A stretch of DNA of 64,000 bases from Candidatus Poribacteria bacterium (GTDB taxonomy: Bacteria > Poribacteria > WGA-4E > WGA-3G), in NCBI GenBank assembly GCA_963665235.2, contig CAXXLX010000001.1, positions 672,001 to 736,000 on the forward strand. Reading direction: 5' to 3'. The translations under genes and the position numbers were made by a program. Shown here one piece after another: positions 32,121 through 41,744 of the stretch (its first letter is position 1; each line of letters starts with the position of its first letter). The notes under the pieces are model-generated. The model saw only the letters and a list, made by a program, of their open reading frames with translations, was not told the origin of the DNA and did no database searches.

Positions 32121-33611
32121 TTAAATCTTCGATGCATAATCTTCCGCGATCAAAGTTGCCGCCATTTTTCCAGACAATATCACCAATGGAATCCCGCCGC
32201 CGGGGTGCACCGAACCCCCTGCGAAGTAAAGTCCTTTCAGGACACGACTTCGATTGGGTAGCCGTTTGAATGCAGTGGTTCTGCTATTCGACGATACGCC
32301 GTAGATGCTCCCTTGATTGCTGGCATAAAGTTCAGAGAAATCCTCCGGTGTATAGCTCTGCTCCACCTCAATCTGATTGGCGATATCGAAACCGAGCTGC
32401 TTTAATCTATCCAAAACAACCGTTCGCATCCGAACCTTCTCCTTTTCCCACATCTGTCCGGGTGCCAAATACGGCATGTTTAACAACACGAACCAATTCT
32501 CGGCATCAACCGGTGCGTGTTCCGTATCTGTTTTACTGGTTATAGCGATATAGATAGTCGGCTCATCTGGTACTCGCTGCTGTTTAAAAATCTGCTGAAA
32601 TTCCGCATCGTAGTCACTGGAGAAGATAATATTGTGATGTGCCAATGCTGGATACTTCCCCTTAATCCCCCAAAGGAATACCATTCCCGACAACGACGGT
32701 TCCAACCGATTTAGTTTCTCGGATTGATGTTGGTGCCCATCAATCAATTCATCATGCGCTATGACTGCGTCAGCCCCACACAAGACATAATCCGTTTCAA
32801 GTTTTTCACCGTTAACTTGTACACCACTGATTCGCTTACCATCGTGGCAAATTTTCTCAACCCGTGCCGATGTCCGAATCTGAATCCCTAACCTACATGC
32901 CACTGCTTCCAATGCCTCAATCAAACGATATATGCCGCCTTTGATATAGTATCCTCCCAACCCATACTCAATATAGGGAATTATATTAAGGGTTGCCGGT
33001 GCCTGAAACGGATCTGAACCGTTGTAGGTCGCGTAGCGGTCAAACAGCTGAACGAGGCGCGCATCCGAGAAAAAACGGGACACACTTTGATGCACGGTCC
33101 GAAACGGATCGATTTGATGAAGCCTAAACAGTGTCCGAAAATACCGAGGTCGCATGAGTTTCCCGAATTCATGAATCGGTGTAAACATAAAGATTTCCGC
33201 TGTTAGGTCGTGAATACGTTCGGCATACTTCAAGAATCGTGTGTATGCTTCCACATCATCAGGCGATAATGTCTCAATCGCAGATTTCATCTTTGCGTTG
33301 TCGGCACTGGCATCCATCATGGAACCATCCGAAAAAAAGTATCGGCATATCGGGTCAATTGGCACAAAATCGAGATAATCTGACCGCTTAAAACCAGCAA
33401 AATCGAACAGTTCATCAATCACAAAAGGCATCGTTAGCAGAGATGCCCCTGTATCAAATCGGTAGTCCTCCAAAATTACTTCGTTGACCTTCCCACCAAT
33501 TTTCGGATTTTTCTCAAATAATTGGACAGAGAAGCCTAACCGCGCGAGCCGAATCGCGCCGCTTAATGCCCCAAGTCCACCCCCGATAATTGCCACTTCT
33601 TTATTTTCCAT
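32121..33611 (-). CDS. crtD: CrtI-family desaturase, probably 1-hydroxycarotenoid 3,4-desaturase
   Basis: RYATYNGSDP, GGSVHPGGGIP; second desaturase in an operon with cruF. Confidence 0.75.
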   Translation of the reverse strand: MENKEVAIIGGGLGALSGAIRLARLGFSVQLFEKNPKIGGKVNEVILEDYRFDTGASLLTMPFVIDELFDFAGFKRSDYLDFVPIDPICRYFFSDGSMMDASADNAKMKSAIETLSPDDVEAYTRFLKYAERIHDLTAEIFMFTPIHEFGKLMRPRYFRTLFRLHQIDPFRTVHQSVSRFFSDARLVQLFDRYATYNGSDPFQAPATLNIIPYIEYGLGGYYIKGGIYRLIEALEAVACRLGIQIRTSARVEKICHDGKRISGVQVNGEKLETDYVLCGADAVIAHDELIDGHQHQSEKLNRLEPSLSGMVFLWGIKGKYPALAHHNIIFSSDYDAEFQQIFKQQRVPDEPTIYIAITSKTDTEHAPVDAENWFVLLNMPYLAPGQMWEKEKVRMRTVVLDRLKQLGFDIANQIEVEQSYTPEDFSELYASNQGSIYGVSSNSRTTAFKRLPNRSRVLKGLYFAGGSVHPGGGIPLVILSGKMAATLIAEDYASKI

Positions 33612-34284
33612 GCCAAGCTGCCTTCAATTTTTCGTAAAGCATAGCGTTAAAAAGCATTAGCGTAAAGCCATACCCGAAATCCTCAATAGGGATTGTCAGA
33701 ATTCGGTAGCCGCTCTGATACGCCTCACCATACAGAACAACCGGTCGCGCCGTGAGGTAACCGTTGAACACCAAAATCAAACCGGACACAATTCCGAGAT
33801 AGAGATAGGTCTTCGGTTGTAGAAGCAGATTAAGGTTCAATAACATATCTGCCAACCCGACGAGTCCAAAACAAATTAGGACCAGTCCCGTATATTGCTT
33901 ACCTGTCCTAAAAATCCATACACCGAGCGGTAGTGCAGCATATAAAACCGGTCTGATGTACCGAAGGAATTTCAACTGGACTAACCAACTATCGGCCTGC
34001 GGTAGCGTCTCCCATACCAACAAACATCCAAATGGAACGGTAAGAAAAAAGAGCCACTCCCCGATTGGCAAACCTAACACTCGAAAATCGACCGTATACG
34101 CCTCGTTGAACCACCAATGCGAACCAGCCACAATGGCATCCCATATAATATACGGAATCATGACAATTCCAATCACGAGCAGTTTCAATCGCCAGTGTGA
34201 AACGTGTCTAATCTGACGACTGAATTGGGATACAACAGGACCGACAATAATAACAAGATTAAACAGAAGATATTCAAATTTCAT
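33601..34284 (-). CDS. membrane lycopene cyclase (fused CrtYc/d type)
   Basis: Two cyclase repeats: IWD...GLPIGEWLFF and FNGYLT...IPIEDFGYG. Confidence 0.85.
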   Translation of the reverse strand: MKFEYLLFNLVIIVGPVVSQFSRQIRHVSHWRLKLLVIGIVMIPYIIWDAIVAGSHWWFNEAYTVDFRVLGLPIGEWLFFLTVPFGCLLVWETLPQADSWLVQLKFLRYIRPVLYAALPLGVWIFRTGKQYTGLVLICFGLVGLADMLLNLNLLLQPKTYLYLGIVSGLILVFNGYLTARPVVLYGEAYQSGYRILTIPIEDFGYGFTLMLFNAMLYEKLKAAWHGK

Positions 34285-34877
34285 TTCTGTCCGCCTGAAC
34301 GTTCAGATTCCAATTTGTCTTTAAGTGTCCGGAGATGGACTTTCTCAGCATCTGTTAGTTTCGCCTTCTCAAGCAAGAACGTAATGATATGTACAACTAA
34401 TTCGGGGGGATATGTATGCATCTGTGAAGGCATCAGTTTGATAATTTTCTTGAAATCGCCTTGGGCATCGTCACCACGGCGGAAAAAGAACGGAAGATGG
34501 TAACAGACTGCCCCGTGAATGAAAATCGCCTCAATGTCTTCTGGCATTTTCTTTAAACCCTTATCCATGATTGCTAAACCGCGCTTTGTCCACTTAAGTT
34601 TGGTATGCGGAAAAAACGCGTGCTTCCCTTTGAGAGTAAAAAGAGCCCCCGTGTAGACCGCTGCGCGGTCAGCGTGCTTCGGTTCCTCTTTTGCAATCTG
34701 TTCAAAAAGTTTGAGTGCCGGTTCAATTTGCTTTTTGTCTTCGAGGGAGGCATGAAATTTTTCTCGTGCACGTTTCAGCAATTCCTCCACCGATTCATCC
34801 GCAGCGATACCGATGAAACACAAGAAAAAAAGTAGGACCCATATCAAGTTTAAATGGATAAATTTATTAAGTTTCAT
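34281..34877 (-). CDS. hypothetical secreted helical (TPR-like) protein in the crt operon
   Basis: Signal peptide; overlaps both neighbours. Confidence 0.7.
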   Translation of the reverse strand: MKLNKFIHLNLIWVLLFFLCFIGIAADESVEELLKRAREKFHASLEDKKQIEPALKLFEQIAKEEPKHADRAAVYTGALFTLKGKHAFFPHTKLKWTKRGLAIMDKGLKKMPEDIEAIFIHGAVCYHLPFFFRRGDDAQGDFKKIIKLMPSQMHTYPPELVVHIITFLLEKAKLTDAEKVHLRTLKDKLESERSGGQK

Positions 34878-35406
34878 GGCAAAATTTGAGTGTTCGGGTT
34901 TGTGTAACAACACGCTCGAGCGTCAGTTTGAACCAGTAAGTATAATTTTTAGGGTTTTCTTGAACATCCTGTTTTAGCGCGTTTATATTCATCCACTTCC
35001 AATCATCAACTTCGTCCGGATTCGGCACAGGCTGGCCGTTATAGTGTCCAACAAAGACGTGGTCGAGTTCGTGCTCAAATAGGCTATTCTCGAGTTGGAC
35101 GTGATAAATAAAACTAAAAAGCCCGGTCAATTCACAATCGAAACCCATCTCCTCATTGAGTCGTCGTCTTGCTGCGCGATAATAGCTTTCGCCGGGCCGT
35201 GGATGACTACAGCAGGTATTCGTCCACAGTCCACCGGAGTGGTATTTTGTCGATGCCCGTTTCTGAAGCAATAATTCACCTACGGCGTTAAAGACAAAAA
35301 TGGAAAATGCACTGTGTAATTTACCCTCACGATGTGCTTGCAGCTTTTCTTGGGTGCCGATTTCTCTGCCCCTGCGATCGACGAGTATTACATGCTCTTG
35401 TAGCAT
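34867..35406 (-). CDS. idi: isopentenyl-diphosphate isomerase type 1
   Basis: LHSAFSIFVF, WTNTCCSHP, RRLNEEMG, EHELDHV. Confidence 0.95.
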   Translation of the reverse strand: MLQEHVILVDRRGREIGTQEKLQAHREGKLHSAFSIFVFNAVGELLLQKRASTKYHSGGLWTNTCCSHPRPGESYYRAARRRLNEEMGFDCELTGLFSFIYHVQLENSLFEHELDHVFVGHYNGQPVPNPDEVDDWKWMNINALKQDVQENPKNYTYWFKLTLERVVTQTRTLKFCHET

Positions 35407-35468
35407 TGATATTTGTTTCCTTCGATAATCTTTCAAGTTAAATTAAGGCGTAAATCTCTACGTACATT

Positions 35469-35500
35469 ATTATTACATATTTGTCTATATTTTGTCAAGA
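35469..35500 (-). promoter_or_regulatory. crt operon promoter with CarH-type operator repeats
   Basis: TTGACA-17-TAATAA; TnnACA repeats 11 bp apart (TTGACA, TAGACA) overlapping the -35. Confidence 0.6.
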
Positions 35501-35578
35501 AATAATTTAGACAATTTTATCGTACATCAATTTTGTATAGAAATTATGTAGGGCAATAGGACAAAATTACGCAACTAA

Positions 35579-36080
35579 TACCATTTCTAATTGAAAATGT
35601 CTCTTTCTTGTAGCCTAAACTTCCAGTTTGTGCTTTGTAGTAGCCTAAACTTCCAGTTTGTGCTTTGTAGTAGCCTAAACTTCCAGTTTGTGCTTTGTAG
35701 TAGCCTAAACTTCCAGTTTGTGCTTTGTAGTAGCCTAAACTTCCAGTTTGTGCTTTGTAGTAGCCTAAACTTCCAGTTTGTGCTTTGTAGTAGCCTAAAC
35801 TTCCAGTTTGTGCTTTGTAGTAGCCTAAACTTCCAGTTTGTGCTTTGTAGTAGCCTAAACTTCCAGTTTGTGCTTTGTAGTAGCCTAAACTTCCAGTTTG
35901 TGCTTTGTAGTAGCCTAAACTTCCAGTTTGTGCTTTGTAGTAGCCTAAACTTCCAGTTTGTGCTTTGTTGTAGCCTAAACTTCCAGTTTGTGCGTTCTTG
36001 TAGCCTAAACTTCCAGTTTGTGCGTTCTTGTAGCCTAAACTTTTAGTTTGGGTCCTCCGTTAAAGGGAATTAATAAAATT
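35579..36080 (+). repeat. MITE copy A with 30-bp tandem array (14 full units + 1 degenerate); right TIR missing
   Basis: TAA|TACCATTTCTAATTGAAAATGTCTC start; unit tagcctaaacttccagtttgtgctttgtag from 35611. Confidence 0.9.
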
Positions 36081-36084
36081 TAGA

Positions 36085-36364
36085 TGGGTGTGTAAAGTTT
36101 TTGTACAAGTAGGACTTACGCATTCCCCTCCGCTCCTCTACTAGCGGGATATCGGTATTAGTCCCAGTATTCGGGCAAACAGCCCGCTCTTCAAGGACGA
36201 TATCTTTATAGAAGCACAAAACGCCCACCCCCTCTTAGTCCCAGTATTCGGGCAACCAGCCCGCTCCTCATACTAGGGGAAAACTTTTCAAACTCACGTT
36301 ATACGACACGCCGGGCGATGAATCGCCCTACTACAAACGGGTGTACAAAAACTTTACACACCCA
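36085..36364. mobile_element. MITE with 23-bp perfect TIR containing REP-like hairpins
   Basis: tgggtgtgtaaagtttttgtaca / tgtacaaaaactttacacaccca; flanking direct repeat aatttaga. Confidence 0.75.
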
Positions 36365-36379
36365 ATTTAGACAAAATTA

Positions 36380-36408
36380 TTGACAGATAGCATATATAAT
36401 GTTATACT
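36380..36408 (+). promoter_or_regulatory. sigma-70 promoter of carH
   Basis: TTGACA-17-TATACT with TG extension; TAGACA just upstream. Confidence 0.7.
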
Positions 36409-36448
36409 TGTAAAATAACAAGCGGAAAAACGAAAAAGGAAAAGGCTG

Positions 36449-37399
36449 ATGACAGCTCAACATAAACACGGTATTAAAACTGTCGCTGTTCGGACAGGAT
36501 TAACACAACTTATCATTCGGACATGGGAAAAGCGATACAACGTGGTCACACCGATGCGAACCGAAACGAATCGCAGACTCTATTCCGATGCGGATATATC
36601 ACGACTCACATTGCTTCGTCTAGCGACTGAGACAGGACATAGTATTGGACGAATAGCAAACCTATCGACTGAAGAGCTTCTGAAACTCATTGGAACAGAT
36701 GGGACGGTTATGCAGGCCGCTGCAATTGCTAAAGAGGATGTCTCACAGGAAACATCCCTTCATTTTTACATCGCTTCGTGCATCGCAGCGGTTAAGAGAT
36801 TTGAAATGCAAGTGCTTGAATCAACACTCTTCGCTGCATCAGTTGCATTTAGCCAACCCGTTTTCCTTGAAAAGTTGATTGCCCCGCTAATGCGGGAAAT
36901 TGGTGAACAGTGGAGAGCAGGCACTTTACGCATTGCACATGAACATCTTGCCACCGCAGTTGTCCGGACGCTGTTGGGCAGCATCTCTCAGGGAGCTGAT
37001 GTCCCTGCTGCAACGCCAAATTTAGTGATAGCGACACCGCGGGGCCAACACCACGAAATTGGGGCGTTAATTGCTGGAAAGACTGCAGCGGCACAGGGGT
37101 GGCAAGTTACCTACCTCGGTACCGACCTACCCGCTGAAGAGATTGTAGGGTGTGCAGCGCAAAATGGGGCAAAGGCAATCGGGTTGAGTATCATCTACCC
37201 GACAGATGACCCACATATCGCAAATGAATTACGGAAAATTCGACGCGGAATTCAAAAAGATGTTGTTCTATTTGTCGGAGGGGCGGGGGCAATCGCTTAC
37301 GAGTCTGTCATTAGTGCTATCGGTGCAGTGAGAATCAATGATATGCCGACTTTTTGCACCGAACTTGAAAATCTGCGTGCTCAGCTTATTTTAACCTAA
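36449..37399 (+). CDS. carH: CarH/LitR MerR-family adenosylcobalamin photoreceptor repressor
   Basis: MerR HTH (IRTWEKRY..P.RT..NRRLYS), W-x9-EH, HEIG B12-binding motif; divergent from the crt operon. Confidence 0.92.
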   Translation: MTAQHKHGIKTVAVRTGLTQLIIRTWEKRYNVVTPMRTETNRRLYSDADISRLTLLRLATETGHSIGRIANLSTEELLKLIGTDGTVMQAAAIAKEDVSQETSLHFYIASCIAAVKRFEMQVLESTLFAASVAFSQPVFLEKLIAPLMREIGEQWRAGTLRIAHEHLATAVVRTLLGSISQGADVPAATPNLVIATPRGQHHEIGALIAGKTAAAQGWQVTYLGTDLPAEEIVGCAAQNGAKAIGLSIIYPTDDPHIANELRKIRRGIQKDVVLFVGGAGAIAYESVISAIGAVRINDMPTFCTELENLRAQLILT

Positions 37400-37544
37400 G
37401 TTGCCACATAGTAGCATAATCTTCCAGATTGTGCATATTTGTGTGCGAATTGGAAGGGAACGGGACAAATATTAGCTAATTATCAGCATATTTTCATTAA
37501 AGACGGTGTTTCCAGGTCTAAAAACTTATAAGTAGCAACTTGCG

Positions 37545-38882
37545 TTATTTTACAATAATCCGCTTAACCTGTCCATTGAGCCCCCCCACAGCAAGACTCC
37601 CATCGGTAGGATGGACAATCAAAGCATAAATCCAGCCATCAAGCGCGTCAATCTCATCTATAACCGCTACCGTATCCGGTTCGATGATACGGATACGCCC
37701 ATCAACACAGGTTGCAACGATTTTTGAACCCTCGTTTAACCAAGCAACGTTCAACGTCGCTGCGTCCAGTCTAGCGAACTTGACCATGCGGCCGATAGTT
37801 GGCTGCCAGAGCCGAACTGTCCGGTCATCGCTAGCGGAGGCAATCAGAGGCATCCCTGTATTGCCAGGACGCAGTGCCAGAGCATGCACAGGCATCGTAT
37901 GATTGTTCAGGCTTCTAAGCAGCTCACCAGTTGTCACGTTCCAGACGCGAACATTCCGATCGACTCCTGTACTCACGAGCGTTTCGGCATCTTGCAGGAA
38001 ACAGAGGGACGACACGCCGCGTGAATGCCCTTTCAGGTCTTGAGTCGGGGTACCGGTGCGTAGGTCCCAAAGAATGATGCGTCTGTCCAAACTTGCGGAT
38101 GCAAGTGATACCGTATTCCGCCAAGCCACCGCCATGACAGAATCGCGATGTCCCCGCAGTACACGGAGCGATTTTCCTTCCGGCCATGAAAAAATCTCTA
38201 CAGTGCCTTCAGTTGCTGGATTGCCACCACCAACCGCCACCCGGTCACCACTCGGTGAAAACGCTAGATGATGAACGTTACGCGCTTTTACCTTGATAAT
38301 TCGCTGTAGATTGAGCGTTGGCCAGTCGTAAACGTGCAATCCCGCCTGCGAAGATGCCACAACAGATTTGCCATCAGGAGAAAACGCGAGAGACGTAATC
38401 GGCGGCATAGTAGGAGGTAGGCTCTGCTGGGTCTTCCTAGCCTGCTTTTCAACAAGACTGCCCTGAATTCCCTTCCAATTCCCGTAGTCTGCTCCCGCTT
38501 CAATCCATTTTCGGATGAGGTCGGTTTGCGCTTTCGCTAAAGGCGCGCCTTCCTCTGATGGGGGCATGATACCGGTCTCACCTTCCGCTAAGGTAATACG
38601 CTGGTAAAGCAGGGAATCATCGGGCTCACTTGGGACAATAACCTCTCCGTGCAGGCTCTCCTCAATACCCTTTACGCTATCCAATTGGACACCGCCCTTC
38701 GGTTTCGTCATGGTGCCATTGGCATCCACCTTCGGCGCGCTATGACACCGGAAGCAGCTATTCTGGAGGATAGGCAAAACCTCTGTCTCAAAATCGATGT
38801 CGGTTTTGGAATCTGCTGAGATAACAGGCACAGCAAACATCAGGATAAATACAAAGCAAAATATACAATCTGCTAAATTCAT
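37545..38882 (-). CDS. planctomycete-type cytochrome c domain + WD40 repeats
   Basis: DFETEVLPILQNSCFRCH...IMPP...WIEAGA; WD40 repeats. Confidence 0.88.
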   Translation of the reverse strand: MNLADCIFCFVFILMFAVPVISADSKTDIDFETEVLPILQNSCFRCHSAPKVDANGTMTKPKGGVQLDSVKGIEESLHGEVIVPSEPDDSLLYQRITLAEGETGIMPPSEEGAPLAKAQTDLIRKWIEAGADYGNWKGIQGSLVEKQARKTQQSLPPTMPPITSLAFSPDGKSVVASSQAGLHVYDWPTLNLQRIIKVKARNVHHLAFSPSGDRVAVGGGNPATEGTVEIFSWPEGKSLRVLRGHRDSVMAVAWRNTVSLASASLDRRIILWDLRTGTPTQDLKGHSRGVSSLCFLQDAETLVSTGVDRNVRVWNVTTGELLRSLNNHTMPVHALALRPGNTGMPLIASASDDRTVRLWQPTIGRMVKFARLDAATLNVAWLNEGSKIVATCVDGRIRIIEPDTVAVIDEIDALDGWIYALIVHPTDGSLAVGGLNGQVKRIIVK

Positions 38883-38904
38883 CAGCCTTTTAATTTCCTT
38901 CTAA

Positions 38905-39560
38905 TACCATTTCTAATTGAAAATGTCTCTTTCTTGTAGCCTAAACTTCCAGTTTGTGCACTTTCTTGTAGCCTAAACTTCCAGTTTGTGCACTTTCTTG
39001 TAGCCTAAACTTCCAGTTTGTGCACTTTCTTGTAGCCTAAACTTCCAGTTTGTGCACTTTCTTGTAGCCTAAACTTCCAGTTTGTGCACTTTCTTGTAGC
39101 CTAAACTTCCAGTTTGTGCACTTTCTTGTAGCCTAAACTTCCAGTTTGTGCACTTTCTTGTAGCCTAAACTTCCAGTTTGTGCACTTTCTTGTAGCCTAA
39201 ACTTCCAGTTTGTGCACTTTCTTGTAGCCTAAACTTCCAGTTTGTGCACTTTCTTGTAGCCTAAACTTCCAGTTTGTGCACTTTCTTGTAGCCTAAACTT
39301 CCAGTTTGTGCACTTTCTTGTAGCCTAAACTTCCAGTTTGTGCACTTTCTTGTAGCCTAAACTTCCAGTTTGTGCACTTTCTTGTAGCCTAAACTTCCAG
39401 TTTGTGCACTTTCTTGTAGCCTAAACTTCCAGTTTGTGCACTTTCTTGTAGCCTAAACTTCCAGTTTGTGCACTTTCTTGTAGCCTAAACTTCCAGTTTG
39501 TGCCGTTCTTTGTTTCATTTCTAACAACCGGTAATGATAGAATAATTAATAAAAATGGTA
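38905..39560 (+). repeat. MITE copy B (complete) with 32-bp tandem array (18 cores)
   Basis: TAA|TACCATTT ... AAATGGTA|TAA; unit tagcctaaacttccagtttgtgcactttcttg 38937-39503. Confidence 0.92.
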
Positions 39561-39563
39561 TAA

Positions 39564-41744
39564 CTAATTATTGTTCACAAATTCGTTGCAGGTTAGCAGA
39601 CTCCACACCATGTCCTCAAGGACCGGGCGTTGCGAATTGGCGGATAGGCTGTCGTCAATATGCTCTTTCCAAAACTGCTGTTCCGTATCCGTTGGATTTC
39701 GGCTGAGCGCTGCGAGATAGAACGCGTTCACAATCTCCATCGGTGATTTTCCGCTTGCTATCAATCTGTCAAGGCGACTCTCCGGAACACCGATGCGAGC
39801 GTTGAGCAGGTCACCGTTGAAGAGATGGAGTTTCCGCTGAAGGCCGCCGGTTGTACCGGTTGAATTTTCGCACGACGTTTCACGGTTGCATCTACCGAGG
39901 ATATCAAGTGCATCCGATTGAATATTCGGATTGGATAATGAGACAGCACGTGTGCCTATCGGTTCGTTGCCGTACACACTCGGTACACCGAGGACATCGG
40001 AAATTGCATCCGCTAGCACCTCCGGTTCAAGCGGTTTTCGGAGTGCATGCGAATAGAAACGTTCATCTGTCCTGTTTTGCGGGAGCGTATTTGCGCTGCG
40101 TGCATAGGTCTCGCTAAGTGCGATACGTCTGAGCATATTCCGTAGGTCGTAACCGTTCGCCACAAAATCGGCTGCAAGTTCCGTTAGTAATTCGGGGTGT
40201 GTAGCCGGATTAGTGGCACGGAAATCATCAACAGGTTCCACAAGGCCGCGTCCCATCATCGCTTTCCACAATCGGTTGACGATGGCTTTGGCGAAATAGG
40301 GGTTGTCTGCCCCTGTTAACCAGTCTACAAGTGCTATTCTGCCATCTGCAACATCGGCAGACAAAAATTGAGTCCCAGGAATTCGCGGTATCGCCTTTTC
40401 GCCAGTTGCTGGATGGATAACCTCACCTGACGGTTTTACCTTAACCACCTGTTCACCCTCTATTTTGGCAAAGATTGCGGCTAACCCGTGATAATCGTCC
40501 TGTGTCCATTTGTCAAGCGGGTGATTATGACAATTAGCGCATCGGAGCCGGGCCCCCATGAAAAGTTCACTCATGAATTCTGCCTGCTCACGTGGACCAT
40601 TGACGGTGCGGTAAAAATTCGCTGGCCCAATGTCGTGGGAATCCCCGGTTGCAAGAATAATAGAACGTGCCATTTCATCATATCCAACCCTGTCGCGTAC
40701 CTGTTCGGAAAGCCATTGGTGATAAACAGCCGCGCCTTGTGTATCGTTATTTTGGGGACGAATCCGTAGCAGTTTCGCCCACTGCAATGTCCAGTACGTG
40801 CTAAACGCATCCGACTGCAGCAAGACATCAACAACCTTTTCCCGTTTATCTCTATCTGTATCTGCAAGAAACGTAGTGACAGCCGCTGGGGTAGGAATTC
40901 GTCCTGTCAAATCGAGTGTCACCCTGCGTAGGAAGGTGGCATCATCAGCAGGCGGAGACACAGGTAAGCGTAACCTTGCAAGCAATTTAAGAATTTCCCC
41001 ATCTATGTTTTCTGTCCTTTTACGGGTATCCTGCGGTATGGGTGTGTCGTTCAAGGGGGCGATGAACTCAAGCGGGACAACCTCTGTAAGATAACGCGCG
41101 ATGATAATGTGTCGCCCGTGGCGATGCACTTTGGCAACGGCATTGACTGCGTCAATCTCAACAGCTGAAGTATCCTCTGGTGTGAAAACAGACCATCGCG
41201 TTACATCTGCTGCGGTCCCGTCTGCAAAATGAGCCGTTGCTCGGAGTTGAATAGGCGTGCCAAGATGCGTTATCACCTGTTTTTTCGGGGATATTTCGAT
41301 ACGTTCCAAACGGCGCAACGTTTCATAACGTGCCCCTTGCTGAATCCAGTTTCGGAGTAATTGCGCGCCTTCGCTATTCTCGTCTAGGACGTGCCCCCCG
41401 CCATGTCTGGTTTGGGCGGTCGGTTTTAGAACAATCAGGCTATCTTCCGGATACATCAGGTTGATGCGTCTTCCAGCAAGCTGCCGAACAATTGCTACAT
41501 AATCCGCTTGTGGATTACCGCCGAAGAGGGATAGTTTAAACTCGCCTCTCCCCGCGGCTGAACCGTGGCATGCCCCTGCATTACATCCAAACTTGGTAAA
41601 AATTGGTATCAAATCGTTTTCAAAGTCAACGCGGGCGATGTTTTGTTCCGATTCAGGATTGCTGTTTGCAAAGGTTGTATTTTCACACAAGAAAAGCGTG
41701 GCTACTAATGTTAATGCTATGAGAACTAGCTGATTTACTTTCAT
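39564..41744 (-). CDS. DUF1549/DUF1553 protein with Ig-like domain
   Basis: GCNAGACHG, FLRRVTLDLTGRIPT, CANCHNHP, NRLWKAMMGRGLVEPVDD, HPELL. Confidence 0.9.
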   Translation of the reverse strand: MKVNQLVLIALTLVATLFLCENTTFANSNPESEQNIARVDFENDLIPIFTKFGCNAGACHGSAAGRGEFKLSLFGGNPQADYVAIVRQLAGRRINLMYPEDSLIVLKPTAQTRHGGGHVLDENSEGAQLLRNWIQQGARYETLRRLERIEISPKKQVITHLGTPIQLRATAHFADGTAADVTRWSVFTPEDTSAVEIDAVNAVAKVHRHGRHIIIARYLTEVVPLEFIAPLNDTPIPQDTRKRTENIDGEILKLLARLRLPVSPPADDATFLRRVTLDLTGRIPTPAAVTTFLADTDRDKREKVVDVLLQSDAFSTYWTLQWAKLLRIRPQNNDTQGAAVYHQWLSEQVRDRVGYDEMARSIILATGDSHDIGPANFYRTVNGPREQAEFMSELFMGARLRCANCHNHPLDKWTQDDYHGLAAIFAKIEGEQVVKVKPSGEVIHPATGEKAIPRIPGTQFLSADVADGRIALVDWLTGADNPYFAKAIVNRLWKAMMGRGLVEPVDDFRATNPATHPELLTELAADFVANGYDLRNMLRRIALSETYARSANTLPQNRTDERFYSHALRKPLEPEVLADAISDVLGVPSVYGNEPIGTRAVSLSNPNIQSDALDILGRCNRETSCENSTGTTGGLQRKLHLFNGDLLNARIGVPESRLDRLIASGKSPMEIVNAFYLAALSRNPTDTEQQFWKEHIDDSLSANSQRPVLEDMVWSLLTCNEFVNNN

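Noticed and set aside
35591-36046. ORF (CSSLNFQFVL)n, and ORF 59570..59830
   Set aside because: Open only because the repeat periods are multiples of three; TTG start inside a MITE end and no RBS
35611-39503. Tandem arrays as CRISPR arrays
   Set aside because: Linkers are under 10 bp and identical within an array; there are no unique spacers and no cas genes
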